The translations under genes were made by a program, and so were the position numbers. A model generated the notes under the pieces. It ran no database searches and had not been told where the DNA came from. It was given only the letters and a program-made list of their open reading frames with translations. This document shows positions 24,764 to 35,763 of a DNA stretch of 59,524 bases, piece by piece. The DNA is taken from contig JBEDNE010000075.1 of assembly GCA_041170745.1 (NCBI GenBank), forward strand, positions 1 to 59,524, given 5' to 3'. The DNA is from Pseudomonadota bacterium (GTDB lineage Bacteria; Pseudomonadota; Alphaproteobacteria; Sphingomonadales; Sphingomonadaceae). Position 1 is the first letter of the stretch. Each line of letters opens with the position of its first letter.

Positions 24764-25495
24764 ATGATCGACCCCGTCTTTTTTAGTCTGTTACTTTTTG
24801 GCGCGGCCGCGCTGTATTCCGCCGTGGGCCATGGGGGCGCATCGGCCTATCTTGCACTCATGGCGCTCGCAGGCTTTGCGCCAGAGCAAATGCGCCCGCT
24901 GGCACTTGCGCTCAACCTTTTCGTGTCCGCAATTGCGTTCATCCAATTCCGCCGCACGGGTGCCTTTGATTTCAAATTGTTCTTGATGTTCGGACTTGCG
25001 GCCATCCCAATGGCCTATCTTGGTGGATCGATTGACCTTGGCAGCACATGGCATCGTCGGGCGCTGGGCCTTGTGTTATTGGCATCAGCGGCAGCGCTTG
25101 CCTTTCGGCCAAAGCTGGCCTCGTACAGCGTCTCGCCACCAGGGCTTGGACAGGCGATGCCAACGGGCGGTATTCTTGGCCTGATTGCAGGCTTAACTGG
25201 CACTGGCGGCGGCATTTTCCTCAGCCCCTTGCTTGTTCTGATGCGCTGGGCCGAAACCCGCACTGTTGCAGGGGTCAGTGCCGCCTTTATCTTTTGCAAC
25301 AGCGCAGCAGGCCTGATTGGCCAAGGCGCCCGGCTGTCTGCACTTCCGCCAGCAACCCCCTTTTACATTCTGGCCGTCATCATCGGCGGGTTTGCTGGCA
25401 GTTGGCTCAGCGCCACACGCCTGCCCAAGGTCGCCATTCTTCGGCTGTTATCGCTGGTGCTTGTTATTGCAGGGATAAAGTTACTTGGCGTGTGA
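24764..25495 (+). CDS. TauE/SafE (TSUP) family membrane protein
   Basis: YSAVGHGG and GLTGTGGGIFLSP repeated motifs; about 8 TM segments. Confidence 0.85.
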   Translation: MIDPVFFSLLLFGAAALYSAVGHGGASAYLALMALAGFAPEQMRPLALALNLFVSAIAFIQFRRTGAFDFKLFLMFGLAAIPMAYLGGSIDLGSTWHRRALGLVLLASAAALAFRPKLASYSVSPPGLGQAMPTGGILGLIAGLTGTGGGIFLSPLLVLMRWAETRTVAGVSAAFIFCNSAAGLIGQGARLSALPPATPFYILAVIIGGFAGSWLSATRLPKVAILRLLSLVLVIAGIKLLGV

Positions 25496-26078
25496 ACGTC
25501 CCCTGATCGTTATCGCAGCGGGTGGAGACGGGTCTCGCATTGGCGGCTCAAAACCTGAGAGAATGTTGGGCGGGCAACGGCTTATTGACCGAATGGTCTT
25601 TTGGGCAAACCAACAGACTGACGCAATTGCCCTTGCCGTTCGAGACGGCAATGAAGATTGGGGGACAGGCCTTCCCCTCCTCTATGATCGGTATGACCAC
25701 ATCGGGCCGATCAGTGCCCTTGCCAGCGCACTGCACGAAGCCCAGCGCATGGCGCGAAAAACTGTTTTGCTGATTGGCTGCGACCTTCCATTTCTGCCTG
25801 ATGATCTGATCTCGCGGCTCTCCGCTGTGTTGGCTGAAAATGGCGTATCCATGCCGTTGAGCCAGGGCAGAGTGCATCCAATGGCTGCTCTTTGGCGGAC
25901 GGAGCCAGCCCGGCTCGATCAATGGATTCAACAAGGCGGGCAATCCATGTGGCGCTATGCGCGCGACATAGGCATGGCAGACGTGCTTTGGACGGAAACG
26001 CCTGACCCGTTTACCAACATCAATGATTTAGACGCCTTGGCGCGCGCAGAACAGCAGTTCAAAACGCGATACAGCTAA
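25485..26078 (+). CDS. mobA: Molybdenum cofactor guanylyltransferase
   Basis: AAGGDGSRIGG.K, GPISAL, CDLPFL, FTNIN; start uncertain. Confidence 0.85.
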   Translation: MACERPLIVIAAGGDGSRIGGSKPERMLGGQRLIDRMVFWANQQTDAIALAVRDGNEDWGTGLPLLYDRYDHIGPISALASALHEAQRMARKTVLLIGCDLPFLPDDLISRLSAVLAENGVSMPLSQGRVHPMAALWRTEPARLDQWIQQGGQSMWRYARDIGMADVLWTETPDPFTNINDLDALARAEQQFKTRYS

Positions 26079-27243
26079 CGGCCTCTCCTGCCGCACGCGC
26101 GGCTTGGCCTGCAGGGCAACGGATCAGCCAATCCGCGTCAACCAGCGCGTGCTGTGCGCCGCTATCTTGATTGCTAAGCGGGGCAAGCCCCTCCTCAGCC
26201 CAACGCGCGCGCACAAAACTCTCTCGGTCGCCCGTTGCAGGCAAAGGCGCCGCGAGCGGCAATTGACGCCAGCTCAAGGCGTCGAAGCCAGACCGACCTT
26301 GCAGGCGGGCCAGCATCGGCAAAAGGAAGAGCCGCGCTGTCACCATTGCCGATGTCGGGTTGCCCGGTAGGCCGAGAACCCATGTTCCACCTGCGCGCCC
26401 CGCCCAAACAGGTTTTCCGGGCTTTATACCGACTTTGGCAAAAAGCAGATCCAGCCCATGTGCTGCAAACATGGGCTTGGCAAAATCTCGATCCCCAACA
26501 GACGCCCCGCCGGTCACGATCACAAGGTCCGCACTGTCCAAGGCAACACCCGCCGCTGTTTCTAATGCAGGAAGATCATCCAGCCCAACGCTTTGCCCAA
26601 CGCAGTGTGCCCCGGCATTTTCAACCATTGCGGCAACCCCAAAGGTAACGCTTTCGGGAATCTTATCCACGCCCAGATAAGCAGATCCGGGAGGGGCAAG
26701 CTCGTCTCCCGTACCGATAATTGCAACACGCGGCCGTTTTGCAACGGTGATGCGCGCGACATCGGCTGCGGCCGCTGCGATCATCGCCCGCGGCGTCAAA
26801 ACGCGTCCCGCCTCCAGCAAAATCGCGCCCGCTTGAAAATCGCTGCCCGCCTTACGTACATTCCAGCCGGGTCCATAACCTGCTGCAAATTTTACATATT
26901 CGCCGTCACGCGTTGCATATTCCTGCATGATGCACCGATCAGCGCCTTCAGGCATGGGCGCGCCAGTGAAAATACGCACGGCCTCGCCGGCAGAAACTGA
27001 GCCAGCAAAGCCAGCCCCGGCACGGCTCTCTCCTATGAGGCGCAAAGGCGTGTCAGGCTGCGTCGCGCTATCCAAGACGGCATAGCCATCCATGGCTGCG
27101 ACGGCATTGCGCGGTGAGGCCATGCGCGCTTTCAGCCCGTCTGCCAAAACGCGGCCAGCGGCCTCTCCAAGATCAACAACTTCGGTGCCGAGGGGGGCAA
27201 CATGCGCCTCAATGAGGCTAAGAGCATCATCAAAGGAAATCAT
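26059..27243 (-). CDS. moeA: Molybdopterin molybdotransferase
   Basis: [37 protein letters not shown]. Confidence 0.93.
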   Translation of the reverse strand: MISFDDALSLIEAHVAPLGTEVVDLGEAAGRVLADGLKARMASPRNAVAAMDGYAVLDSATQPDTPLRLIGESRAGAGFAGSVSAGEAVRIFTGAPMPEGADRCIMQEYATRDGEYVKFAAGYGPGWNVRKAGSDFQAGAILLEAGRVLTPRAMIAAAAADVARITVAKRPRVAIIGTGDELAPPGSAYLGVDKIPESVTFGVAAMVENAGAHCVGQSVGLDDLPALETAAGVALDSADLVIVTGGASVGDRDFAKPMFAAHGLDLLFAKVGIKPGKPVWAGRAGGTWVLGLPGNPTSAMVTARLFLLPMLARLQGRSGFDALSWRQLPLAAPLPATGDRESFVRARWAEEGLAPLSNQDSGAQHALVDADWLIRCPAGQAARAAGEAVSCIAF

Positions 27244-27716
27244 GGCTGCGTCCAGTCGCCAGATCGGCCTCCTGACTTGGCCGTGACACGCGCATGATCA
27301 ATGACCATCGTCTTATCAATAGCCTTCAGCATATCAAACAGGGTCAGCGCAGCGACAGTCACAGCCGTTAGCGCCTCCATCTCCACGCCGGTTTGTCCCG
27401 AGGTGCTAACTTCGGCGTGCACCGAAAAGCCCGGCACCGCATCATCGAGTGTGATTGTAACTCCAATGTGCGAAAGAGCCAGCGGATGGCAAAGCGGAAT
27501 TAAATCCGCCGTCCGTTTGGCGGCCATGACTCCCGCCAGCTCTGCCGTAGCGATCACATTGCCCTTGGGCGTTGCGCCTGATCGAACCGCATTGAGCGTA
27601 TCTGGCGCACATCGCAGCAGGCCGCGCGCCTCGGCACGGCGGCGGGTTGTGGCTTTTTCACCCACATCCACCATGCGCGCACGCCCCTGATCATCAATAT
27701 GTGTCAGTTTGCTCAT
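27240..27716 (-). CDS. moaC: Cyclic pyranopterin monophosphate synthase
   Basis: [37 protein letters not shown]. Confidence 0.95.
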   Translation of the reverse strand: MSKLTHIDDQGRARMVDVGEKATTRRRAEARGLLRCAPDTLNAVRSGATPKGNVIATAELAGVMAAKRTADLIPLCHPLALSHIGVTITLDDAVPGFSVHAEVSTSGQTGVEMEALTAVTVAALTLFDMLKAIDKTMVIDHARVTAKSGGRSGDWTQP

Positions 27717-28249
27717 GCGCACACGTCCCGCAAGCGCGGCAATTGCCCGGCAATGGAACAAGGGCGGTAGCGGCTATCAAATTCCAGGCCCAAAACCAGA
27801 TCCCAAGCATCACGACAAGCCCCTGTTGAGCCGGGCACACAGAAGATGAATGTGTCCCCCGCCTGCCCCGCAAAGGCCCGCGATTGCAGCGTGGAAACGC
27901 CAATCGTCGTCATACTGGCTTGGTGGAAAACAACACTGAACCCGTCCATGACGCGCGTCAGCAGCGGCGTCACAGCCTCTGGCGTCACATCGCGCGGGGC
28001 AAAGCCAGTGCCGCCTGTGCTGATGACAATATCCACCGCAGGATCGGCAATCCAGCCGCGCATTTTCTCTTGGATTGCCGCAATTGAGTCCGCCACAATG
28101 GCGCGGCCCGCAAGATGGTGCCCGGCTTGCGTCAGACGCTCCACCAGCAGCCCGCCTGAGCTATCCGTCTCCAATGTGCGCGTGTCAGACACAGTGAGCA
28201 CGGCGATGTTCAACGGGTAAAAGGTTCGGCTTTCATCAATTCCGGGCAT
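27713..28249 (-). CDS. moaB: Molybdenum cofactor biosynthesis protein B (MoaB/Mog)
   Basis: LTVSDTR, D.SG, TGGTG...RDVTPEA, QSRA, PGS; start 28249 or 28255. Confidence 0.9.
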   Translation of the reverse strand: MPGIDESRTFYPLNIAVLTVSDTRTLETDSSGGLLVERLTQAGHHLAGRAIVADSIAAIQEKMRGWIADPAVDIVISTGGTGFAPRDVTPEAVTPLLTRVMDGFSVVFHQASMTTIGVSTLQSRAFAGQAGDTFIFCVPGSTGACRDAWDLVLGLEFDSRYRPCSIAGQLPRLRDVCA

Positions 28250-28718
28250 TGGCATCGTCCTGCTTTTTGGCCCAACGGGCAACATCTAAATGGTCAGCTT
28301 CAGTTGGCTCTATCCAGCATTTTCCGTTTGGCCCAACTTCTTGCTTCCAGAAAATGGCCTCCGTCTTGAGGCGATCCATCATATAATCCGCAGCGTCAAA
28401 TGCTGCACGGCGATGAGCTGAAGCAGCTGCCACAAAAACAATGGCTTCACCGGGCGTTATATGGCCATAGCGGTGCACAACATGTGCGTGCGTGATGGGA
28501 AAGCGGGCAACGGCATCCTGCACAATGTTTTCCATCGAGGCTTGGGTCATGCCACGATAGGTTTCGAGAACCAGCGCATCAATCGGGTCGCCCGCACGAT
28601 TTGTCCCTCGGGCATGGCCGGTAAAGCTCACGACGCCGCCCGCCCCTTGGGCCCGCGCCGTAAATGCGCCTAACAGCGCGGCTGGGTCGAGCGCAGATGA
28701 TACCAGTTCAACGCGCAT
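28236..28718 (-). CDS. moaE: Molybdopterin synthase catalytic subunit
   Basis: HRYG, SAHRRAAF, MDRLK..AIFWKQE. Confidence 0.92.
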   Translation of the reverse strand: MRVELVSSALDPAALLGAFTARAQGAGGVVSFTGHARGTNRAGDPIDALVLETYRGMTQASMENIVQDAVARFPITHAHVVHRYGHITPGEAIVFVAAASAHRRAAFDAADYMMDRLKTEAIFWKQEVGPNGKCWIEPTEADHLDVARWAKKQDDANARN

Positions 28719-28720
28719 GC

Positions 28721-28981
28721 TTAGCCACCAGATACGGGCGGGAACAAGGCGACCTCATCCCCAATCCGAACAAGGCTGTCCTCTGAGACAAGCGTTTCAT
28801 TGACACAGACGCGCACAGGCCGGCCATTTATCGCGGCAATAAGCTCAGGATAGGCGGCCAACACGTCCGCAATCAGATTGCGGACAGACTTACCCCCTTC
28901 AGCCCATTGCAGATCCACCCGGCGCCCATAGGGATCGGCAAGACAACCGCACAATTCAACGTGAAGGCACTTGACGCTCAC
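28721..28981 (-). CDS. moaD: Molybdopterin synthase sulfur carrier
   Basis: C-terminal DEVALFPPVSGG; GTG start at 28981 with GGAGGG RBS. Confidence 0.88.
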   Translation of the reverse strand: MSVKCLHVELCGCLADPYGRRVDLQWAEGGKSVRNLIADVLAAYPELIAAINGRPVRVCVNETLVSEDSLVRIGDEVALFPPVSGG

Positions 28982-28982
28982 C

Positions 28983-29969
28983 CTACCCTCCAATCGATGC
29001 AAAATGGGCGGTCCCGCCGCTATTGCCCTCATGAAGACGATGCGTCGGCGCTTTTTGTCCCGTTAAGTTGATGATTTTTTCCACCAGCAAATCTTCCTGC
29101 CCATCGGCTTGCAAAAGCGGGCGGAGATCAATGCCATGATCGCTAAACAAGCAGAGGTGGAACTTCCCCGTCGCCGAAACGCGCAGCCGATTACAGCTTG
29201 CGCAAAAATCTTTGGAATAGGGCGCGATAATGCCAATTTCGCCGGGCAAGCCGGGTTGCGAATAAACGATGGCAGGCCCGGCACCCGACTCTCTTGGCAC
29301 CCGTTGCCAGCCCATTTCGGTCAGCCGATCAGCAATATTGAGTCCAGATAGGTGATGCCGCTCAAAAAAGGCGACATTATCGTTGGTCTGCATCACTTCT
29401 ATAAAACGCAGGGCAACGCCATGCGTCTGAACAAAGTGGATAAAGCCCTCAAGCTCATCATCATTCACATCGCGCATCAAAACGGCATTGAGCTTGATTG
29501 AGGTGATGCCCGCCTTGCGTGCCCTCTCAATCCCAAGCTGTATTTCTGCCAGACGATCATGGCCTGTAATCTGCAAAAAGCGTTTCGGATCAAGCGAGTC
29601 CACGCTCACATTCAAGGCGCTGATCCCCACTGCGGCATAGTCTGCTGCGCGCTCTGCAAGGCGGTAGCCATTGGTTGTCATCGCAAGCCGGCGGATACCA
29701 GGGACGTCTGCCACAGTCCGTGCGATGTCGAGAAACTCGTCACGCAGCGTTGGCTCGCCCCCAGTGAGACGCACCTTCCACAGGCCGAGCCTAGCAAAAG
29801 CTGTCACCAGCCGGCGGATCTCATCTACGGATAAATTGGCCGGAGTTCCGGGCTTTTTCTGATAGCCATTGGGCAAGCAATAGCTGCACCGAAAATTGCA
29901 GACATCGGTCAAAGACAGGCGCAGATATTCAAATGTACGGCCGTGGCCATCTTGAAGAACGAGCGTCAT
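28983..29969 (-). CDS. moaA: GTP 3',8-cyclase
   Basis: YLRLSLTDVCNFRCSYC, RLTGGEP, FCASCNRLR..C, C-terminal IGG. Confidence 0.95.
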   Translation of the reverse strand: MTLVLQDGHGRTFEYLRLSLTDVCNFRCSYCLPNGYQKKPGTPANLSVDEIRRLVTAFARLGLWKVRLTGGEPTLRDEFLDIARTVADVPGIRRLAMTTNGYRLAERAADYAAVGISALNVSVDSLDPKRFLQITGHDRLAEIQLGIERARKAGITSIKLNAVLMRDVNDDELEGFIHFVQTHGVALRFIEVMQTNDNVAFFERHHLSGLNIADRLTEMGWQRVPRESGAGPAIVYSQPGLPGEIGIIAPYSKDFCASCNRLRVSATGKFHLCLFSDHGIDLRPLLQADGQEDLLVEKIINLTGQKAPTHRLHEGNSGGTAHFASIGG

Positions 29970-30778
29970 GGTGCAGCACCGCGCCAAGTTAACTGGCCCG
30001 CCGACGGGGACAAATCCAACATAGCATCCGGCCTCGCCAACGCAATCAAACGCAAACCGGCTGCAGCCGCGCGTTCTGTGGCCAAGCTTGTCGCTGTGGA
30101 AATAGTAACAAGTAAGGGACACCCCGCAATGACTGTTTTCTCTACAAGTTCATAGCTGCATCGCGAGGATAGCAGGAAAAAACCATCCTTGGGCAATGTT
30201 CCGGCGCGCGCCAAGGCCCCAATCAACTTGTCGAGCGCACAATGGCGGCCAACATCTTCGCGCGCGTCGAGGATTTCTCCATTGGGTGCGCAAAAGGCTG
30301 CCACATGGGCGCCGCCTGTCATTGCGGACAAAGGCTGATGCGCTCTCAGGGATGCAAGTGCTGAAAACAGCGCCTGTGGCGCAACATCAACCCGCGCCTC
30401 AACAGGCGGCAAGGGCGCTGCCAGTTGCTCCAAATTCTCCATACCGCACAGGCCACAACTGCTTTCCGATACGCGCACTCTAACCCGGTTCAGCATAGGC
30501 TCAAACCGATGTTGGGCCAGCGCCACTCGGACGATCCATCCTTTTTCAGTTTCATATATGTCGATGTCTTCAAGCTCATCGATTGATGCGATGATCCGTT
30601 CCGACAAGGAAAACCCCGTTACGAAATCTTCAAGCTGATCCGGCGTCGCCATCATCACAGCATAGCTGATGCCATTATACTCAATCGCAATAGGGGCTTC
30701 GACTGGCAGAGATCGTGATGCAGGCGATATGTTATCAGGCGTTAATCGGAGGACTGGCACCTCCCGAAAAGCTGTCAT
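29966..30778 (-). CDS. fdhD: Formate dehydrogenase accessory sulfurtransferase (FdhD/FdsC)
   Basis: SSCGLCG, TGGAH, REDVGRH.ALDKL.G. Confidence 0.92.
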   Translation of the reverse strand: MTAFREVPVLRLTPDNISPASRSLPVEAPIAIEYNGISYAVMMATPDQLEDFVTGFSLSERIIASIDELEDIDIYETEKGWIVRVALAQHRFEPMLNRVRVRVSESSCGLCGMENLEQLAAPLPPVEARVDVAPQALFSALASLRAHQPLSAMTGGAHVAAFCAPNGEILDAREDVGRHCALDKLIGALARAGTLPKDGFFLLSSRCSYELVEKTVIAGCPLLVTISTATSLATERAAAAGLRLIALARPDAMLDLSPSAGQLTWRGAAP

Positions 30779-30981
30779 GACTCGTCTCGAAGCTGGTCGA
30801 GCGCACGCGCAACATCAGGCAAGACGCCCGAGACGTCAGGCGCGAGGATAAGTCGCCGCATCCGCGGATCCCAGAAAAGGCGGATATGCTCTGCGACCGC
30901 TTTGGGAACATCCGGCTCATGCTGCAAATTGGCAGCAATCTGGTTCGCCATCCGAACAAGATTGTCCGTCGTAGACGTCAT
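30775..30981 (-). CDS. fdsD: NAD-dependent formate dehydrogenase delta subunit
   Basis: LVRMANQIA...HIRLFWDPRMR signature. Confidence 0.9.
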   Translation of the reverse strand: MTSTTDNLVRMANQIAANLQHEPDVPKAVAEHIRLFWDPRMRRLILAPDVSGVLPDVARALDQLRDES

Positions 30982-33821
30982 TCAGCCGCCTCGGCCTTTG
31001 CAATGCGCCGGGCACTGCTTTGAAGCTTAGCATAGCTTTCTTGCCATTCTGTCGGCCCGTTCGACGGCGAGATCTGCACCGCAGTCACTTTATATTCCGG
31101 GCAATTGGTCGCCCAGTCTGAATAATCGGTCGTGACCACATTTGCTTGCGTAAGGGGGTGGTGGAAGGTGGTATAGACCACGCCAGGTGCCACACGCTCC
31201 GTCACAGTGGCGCGCAAAGTCGTTTCCCCCGCGCGGCTGGCCAGACGAACCCAATCGCCCGACTTAATCCCTCGATTTTCGGCATCAACGGGGTGGATTT
31301 CCAGCAAATCCTCTTCATGCCAAACCACATTATCGGTCCGGCGGGTCTGCGCGCCAACATTATACTGGCTGAGAATTCGGCCTGTGGTCAGCAAAAGCGG
31401 ATAACGCGGGCCAGTGCGCTCATCGGTCGGCACATAATCAGTCACGACAAACTTGCCCTTGCCGCGAACGAACCCATCGACGTGCATAATGGGCGACCCA
31501 TCTGGCGCGCTTTCATTCACCGGCCATTGCAGCGAGCCTTCTTGATCTAGCCGATCAAAGCTGACCCCGGCAAAGCTAGGGGTTAATCGGGCAATCTCAT
31601 CCATAATCTGAGACGGATGGGCATAATTCCAGTCCAGCCCCAGCGCTTGCGCCAGCTTTTGCGTCACTTCCCAATCTTCATACCCGTTCAGGGGCGTCAT
31701 AACCTTGCGGACGGGCTGAATGCGACGTTCGGCATTGGTGAACGTGCCGTTCTTCTCGAGGAAAGTCGAACCCGGTAAAAAGATATGCGCGTAATTGGCC
31801 GTTTCATTCAAAAACAGATCATGCACAATCACGCATTCCATCGCTTCCAACCCTGCCGCGACATGATGCGTATTGGGGTCAGACTGAAGAATATCTTCGC
31901 CTTGAATGTAGATGGCTTTGAACACCCCATCAGTTGCGGCGTCGAGCATATTGGGAATGCGCAGGCCCGGCTCAGAATCGAGCTGGACGCCCCATTCTCG
32001 CTCAAACAGCGCGCGCGTGGCGGCATCCGAGATATGGCGATAGCCTGCCAGTTCGTGCGGAAAGCTGCCCATGTCGCAGGCACCTTGCACGTTATTCTGG
32101 CCCCTAAGTGGGTTCACGCCCACGCCACGACGCCCAATATTCCCGGTCGCCATCGCCAGATTGGCAATCGCCATCACCGTGGACGAACCTTGTGAATGCT
32201 CTGTCACGCCAAGGCCGTAATAGATAGCACCATTGCCACCCGTCGCATAAAGGCGCGCCGCTGCCCGCAGGTCCGCTGCCGGGACTTTGGTTATAGCTTC
32301 CAGCGCTTCGGGACTGTTGCGCTCTTCAGAGACAAAACTTGCCCAGTCTTGATACTCATCCCAATCACAGCGCTCTTTGACAAAGGCTTCGTCGACGAGG
32401 CCTTCGGTCACAATGGTGTGCGCCATCGCCGTTAGCACCGCCACATTGGTGCCGGGCTGAAGCGCCAAATGATGTTGCGCCTCGATATGGGGAGAGCGAA
32501 CAAGATCCGTTCGGCGCGGATCAATCACAATCAGCTTTGCGCCTTTGCGCAGGCGCCGCTTCATTCGGCTGGCGAAAACGGGGTGGCCATCGGTTGGGTT
32601 CGCCCCAATGACCAAAATGACATCGCTATCTTCCACGCTGTCAAAATCTTGCGTGCCGGCAGATGTGCCAAACGTTGTCTTCAAGCCATATCCGGTCGGC
32701 GAGTGACAAACACGCGCGCAGGTGTCCACATTGTTGTTTCCAAAGCCAGCGCGGACAAGCTTTTGAACGAGGAATGTTTCTTCGTTGGTGCAGCGCGATG
32801 AGGTGATGCCACCCAACGCCTGTTTGCCATATTGATTGCTGATGCGTGTCAACTCTGATGCCGCATAAGCCAAAGCGTCATCCCAGCTCACTTCCTGCCA
32901 CGGATCGTGGATAGAGCGGCGGATCATTGGCTTCAAAATGCGTTCTTGGTGCTGGGCATAGCCCCAAGCAAACCGGCCTTTAACGCAGCTATGGCCGCGA
33001 TTGGCCTTGCCCTCTTTCCACGGGACCATCCGCACCAATTGTTCGCCGCGCATTTCCGCCCGGAACGTACAGCCGACGCCACAATAAGCGCACGTCGTGA
33101 CGACGGCACGTTCGGGCGTGCCAATCTCGACCACCTTCTTTTCAATCAATGTCGCGGTGGGACAGGCCTGAACACACGCCCCGCACGAGACGCATTCTGA
33201 CCCAAGAAAATTATCAGACGCGATGCCAGCAGAGATTTTCGATCCAAATCCTCGGCCTTGCACGGTTAGAGCCAAGGTCCCCTGCACTTCGTCACAGGCG
33301 CGCACACAGCGCGAGCACACAATGCATTTGGAGGGATCAAAATCAAAATAGGGGTTGGACTGGTCTTTGGCTTGACCAAGATGCGTCTCGACGGGCTGAT
33401 AGCGCACATCGCGCAGGCCAACCGCACCCGCCTGATCTTGCAATTCGCAATCGCCATTGGCGCCACATGTCAAGCAATCCAGTGGGTGATCAGAAATATA
33501 CAGCTCCATCACACCCTTGCGGAGCTTTTGGAGACGCGGTGTTTGCGTATAGACGACCATGCCGGGTTCAACCGGTGTCGTGCAGCTGGCAGGCGTGCCG
33601 CGGCGCCCATCAATCTCTACAAGGCAAAGCCGACAAGACCCAAAGGCCGAAAGACTGTCTGTTGCACATAGCTTTGGTATCGACGTGCCCTGCTCAGCGG
33701 CCGCGCGCATAACCGATGTACCCGCTGGTACTGTTACCTGCCGGCCATCAATGGTCAGCGTAATCTGCGCATCTGACGTGGCAGCGGGTGTCCCAAAATC
33801 ACTTTGCGGCTGATAGGTCAT
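30978..33821 (-). CDS. fdsA: NAD-dependent formate dehydrogenase alpha subunit (Mo-bisPGD, Cys-ligated)
   Basis: N-terminal 2Fe-2S/4Fe-4S motifs, CAYCGVGC, CARVCH active site, PLRGQNNVQG; start moved to ATG 33821. Confidence 0.95.
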   Translation of the reverse strand: MTYQPQSDFGTPAATSDAQITLTIDGRQVTVPAGTSVMRAAAEQGTSIPKLCATDSLSAFGSCRLCLVEIDGRRGTPASCTTPVEPGMVVYTQTPRLQKLRKGVMELYISDHPLDCLTCGANGDCELQDQAGAVGLRDVRYQPVETHLGQAKDQSNPYFDFDPSKCIVCSRCVRACDEVQGTLALTVQGRGFGSKISAGIASDNFLGSECVSCGACVQACPTATLIEKKVVEIGTPERAVVTTCAYCGVGCTFRAEMRGEQLVRMVPWKEGKANRGHSCVKGRFAWGYAQHQERILKPMIRRSIHDPWQEVSWDDALAYAASELTRISNQYGKQALGGITSSRCTNEETFLVQKLVRAGFGNNNVDTCARVCHSPTGYGLKTTFGTSAGTQDFDSVEDSDVILVIGANPTDGHPVFASRMKRRLRKGAKLIVIDPRRTDLVRSPHIEAQHHLALQPGTNVAVLTAMAHTIVTEGLVDEAFVKERCDWDEYQDWASFVSEERNSPEALEAITKVPAADLRAAARLYATGGNGAIYYGLGVTEHSQGSSTVMAIANLAMATGNIGRRGVGVNPLRGQNNVQGACDMGSFPHELAGYRHISDAATRALFEREWGVQLDSEPGLRIPNMLDAATDGVFKAIYIQGEDILQSDPNTHHVAAGLEAMECVIVHDLFLNETANYAHIFLPGSTFLEKNGTFTNAERRIQPVRKVMTPLNGYEDWEVTQKLAQALGLDWNYAHPSQIMDEIARLTPSFAGVSFDRLDQEGSLQWPVNESAPDGSPIMHVDGFVRGKGKFVVTDYVPTDERTGPRYPLLLTTGRILSQYNVGAQTRRTDNVVWHEEDLLEIHPVDAENRGIKSGDWVRLASRAGETTLRATVTERVAPGVVYTTFHHPLTQANVVTTDYSDWATNCPEYKVTAVQISPSNGPTEWQESYAKLQSSARRIAKAEAAE

Positions 33822-33825
33822 ATGG

Positions 33826-35280
33826 TCACCGTTCGCCAAAATCTTCAGAGAAATGCTTGATCGCAGAGAGCACGGGGTAAGGCGTAAAACCGCCCAGCGC
33901 ACATAACGATCCAAATTTCATTGTATCACATAAATCTTCAACAAGCGCGAGGTTCTGAGCAACATTATCGCCGGCAACAATGCGGTCGAGCGTTTCAAGG
34001 CCACGGGTGGAGCCCAATCGACAGGGCGTGCATTTGCCGCAGCTTTCTGCCGCGCAAAACTCCATCGCAAACCGGGCTTGTTTTGCCATATCAACGCTGT
34101 CGTCAAAAACGACCAAGCCGCCATGGCCAATCAGGCCGTCAATCTCGGCAAAACTTTCATAATCAAACGGCGTGTCGAACTGGCTTGGCGGGTGATAGGC
34201 CCCTAATGGCCCACCCACTTGCACGGCCCGCACGGGCCGCCCAGTAGCTGTGCCGCCGCCAATTTCCACCACCAATTCGCCCAGCGTGATCCCGAATGCG
34301 GTTTCAAACAGCCCGCCAAAACGCACATTGCCTGCAATCTGAATGGGCATTGTCCCGCGCGACCGGCCCATGCCATAATCGGCATAGGCCTGCGCACCAT
34401 GCGCCATAATCCAAGGCACTGTTGCCAATGTCAGGACGTTGTTCACGACTGTTGGCTTGCCAAAGAGACCTTCTAGCGCGGGTAGTGGCGGTTTCGCGCG
34501 GACTTCACCCCGCTTCCCCTCTAACGAGTTAAGGAGCGACGTTTCCTCCCCGCACACATAAGCCCCTGCCCCAACGCGAATTTCGACATCAAAAGGGGCC
34601 ACAATATGGGCGCAGGCCCGCACAGCGGCCTGCATCTTCTGAATGGCATGCGGATATTCGGAACGAATATAGACATACCCCTTGGTCGCGCCCACGGCAA
34701 AACCAGCAATGGCCATGCCTTCAATCAATTGGAAGGGGTCCCCCTCCATCACCATCCGGTCGGCAAAAGTGCCGCTATCGCCCTCATCAGCGTTGCAAAC
34801 GATGTATTTCTGGTCGGCTTGGGCGTGCGCCACAGTCCGCCATTTGAGGCCCGCGGGAAAACCGGCCCCGCCACGTCCGCGTAAACCTGATGCAATTAGC
34901 GCTTCTATTACAGCCTCTGCGCCCAATTGGCGCGCTTGGTGGAGGCCCGCCCAGCCGCCCGTGGCTTCATAATCCACCAAGCTCAAGGGTCGCGTTTTGC
35001 CAGCGCGGGCAAATGTCAGGCGTTGCTGGCGGGCAATAAAGGGGTGATCTGCAATAGCACCAATAGACAAGGAGGCACCCTGCCCGCTGAGGATTGACGC
35101 AACATCCTCAACAGCCACCGGCCCATAGCCGATGCCATCAATGTCCACCAAAGGCTCTAGCCAATGCATGCCCCAAGAGGATGTCCGCTCAACGTCCGCA
35201 CCCGCCGCCTCAAACGCCGCAGCAACGGCATCCGCCCCGCAGGCCAGCGCCAATGCGTCATCAGAAATACGCACCTTCAT
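33826..35280 (-). CDS. fdsB: NAD-dependent formate dehydrogenase beta subunit (NuoF-like)
   Basis: GRGGAGFP, NADEGD, YVCGEET, SCGKCTPCR..C. Confidence 0.93.
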   Translation of the reverse strand: MKVRISDDALALACGADAVAAAFEAAGADVERTSSWGMHWLEPLVDIDGIGYGPVAVEDVASILSGQGASLSIGAIADHPFIARQQRLTFARAGKTRPLSLVDYEATGGWAGLHQARQLGAEAVIEALIASGLRGRGGAGFPAGLKWRTVAHAQADQKYIVCNADEGDSGTFADRMVMEGDPFQLIEGMAIAGFAVGATKGYVYIRSEYPHAIQKMQAAVRACAHIVAPFDVEIRVGAGAYVCGEETSLLNSLEGKRGEVRAKPPLPALEGLFGKPTVVNNVLTLATVPWIMAHGAQAYADYGMGRSRGTMPIQIAGNVRFGGLFETAFGITLGELVVEIGGGTATGRPVRAVQVGGPLGAYHPPSQFDTPFDYESFAEIDGLIGHGGLVVFDDSVDMAKQARFAMEFCAAESCGKCTPCRLGSTRGLETLDRIVAGDNVAQNLALVEDLCDTMKFGSLCALGGFTPYPVLSAIKHFSEDFGER

Positions 35281-35684
35281 AGCGAGTCCACCAAAGCTTG
35301 AAGCTTGGCCTTGTCCAACCGGGCATGAACCTTATTGCCTGTCATGGCCGCTGGCCCAACCGAGCAAAGGCCCAAGCAATAGACTGTTTCCAGCTTCACC
35401 CGGCCATTGTCTGCCAATTCTGAAACCAGAGCATCCACGCCACGCGCCTGACAGGCCTCTGCCCGGCATATTTTCAGCACAGGCTGCCCCTCAGGCGCCG
35501 TCTTAAAGTCGTGGTAAAAACTCACCACACCATGAACTTCGGCGCGTGTTAAGTTGAGTGAAGAAGCAATTGTCTTGATTGCCTCTTCACTCACATGGCC
35601 GAACGCCGCCTGCACATCGTGCAAGATAGGCAGCAAAGCCCCCTCAACGCCACGATGGCGGTCAAGAATGTCCAAAACAGTCAC
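35277..35684 (-). CDS. fdsG: NAD-dependent formate dehydrogenase gamma subunit (NuoE-like)
   Basis: LLPILH, VVSFYHDF, CRAEAC...CLGLC 2Fe-2S ligands. Confidence 0.92.
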   Translation of the reverse strand: MTVLDILDRHRGVEGALLPILHDVQAAFGHVSEEAIKTIASSLNLTRAEVHGVVSFYHDFKTAPEGQPVLKICRAEACQARGVDALVSELADNGRVKLETVYCLGLCSVGPAAMTGNKVHARLDKAKLQALVDSL

Positions 35685-35763
35685 TGCGCGTCTCGCGATG
35701 CGGTTAGGGCATCGGGGATATGCTGTGGCGGCTCTGGTGAAGTCAAAATCATGCGGGATTGCT

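Noticed and set aside
30978-33821. Selenocysteine recoding in FDH
   Set aside because: The ORF is uninterrupted and has Cys at the CARVCH site.
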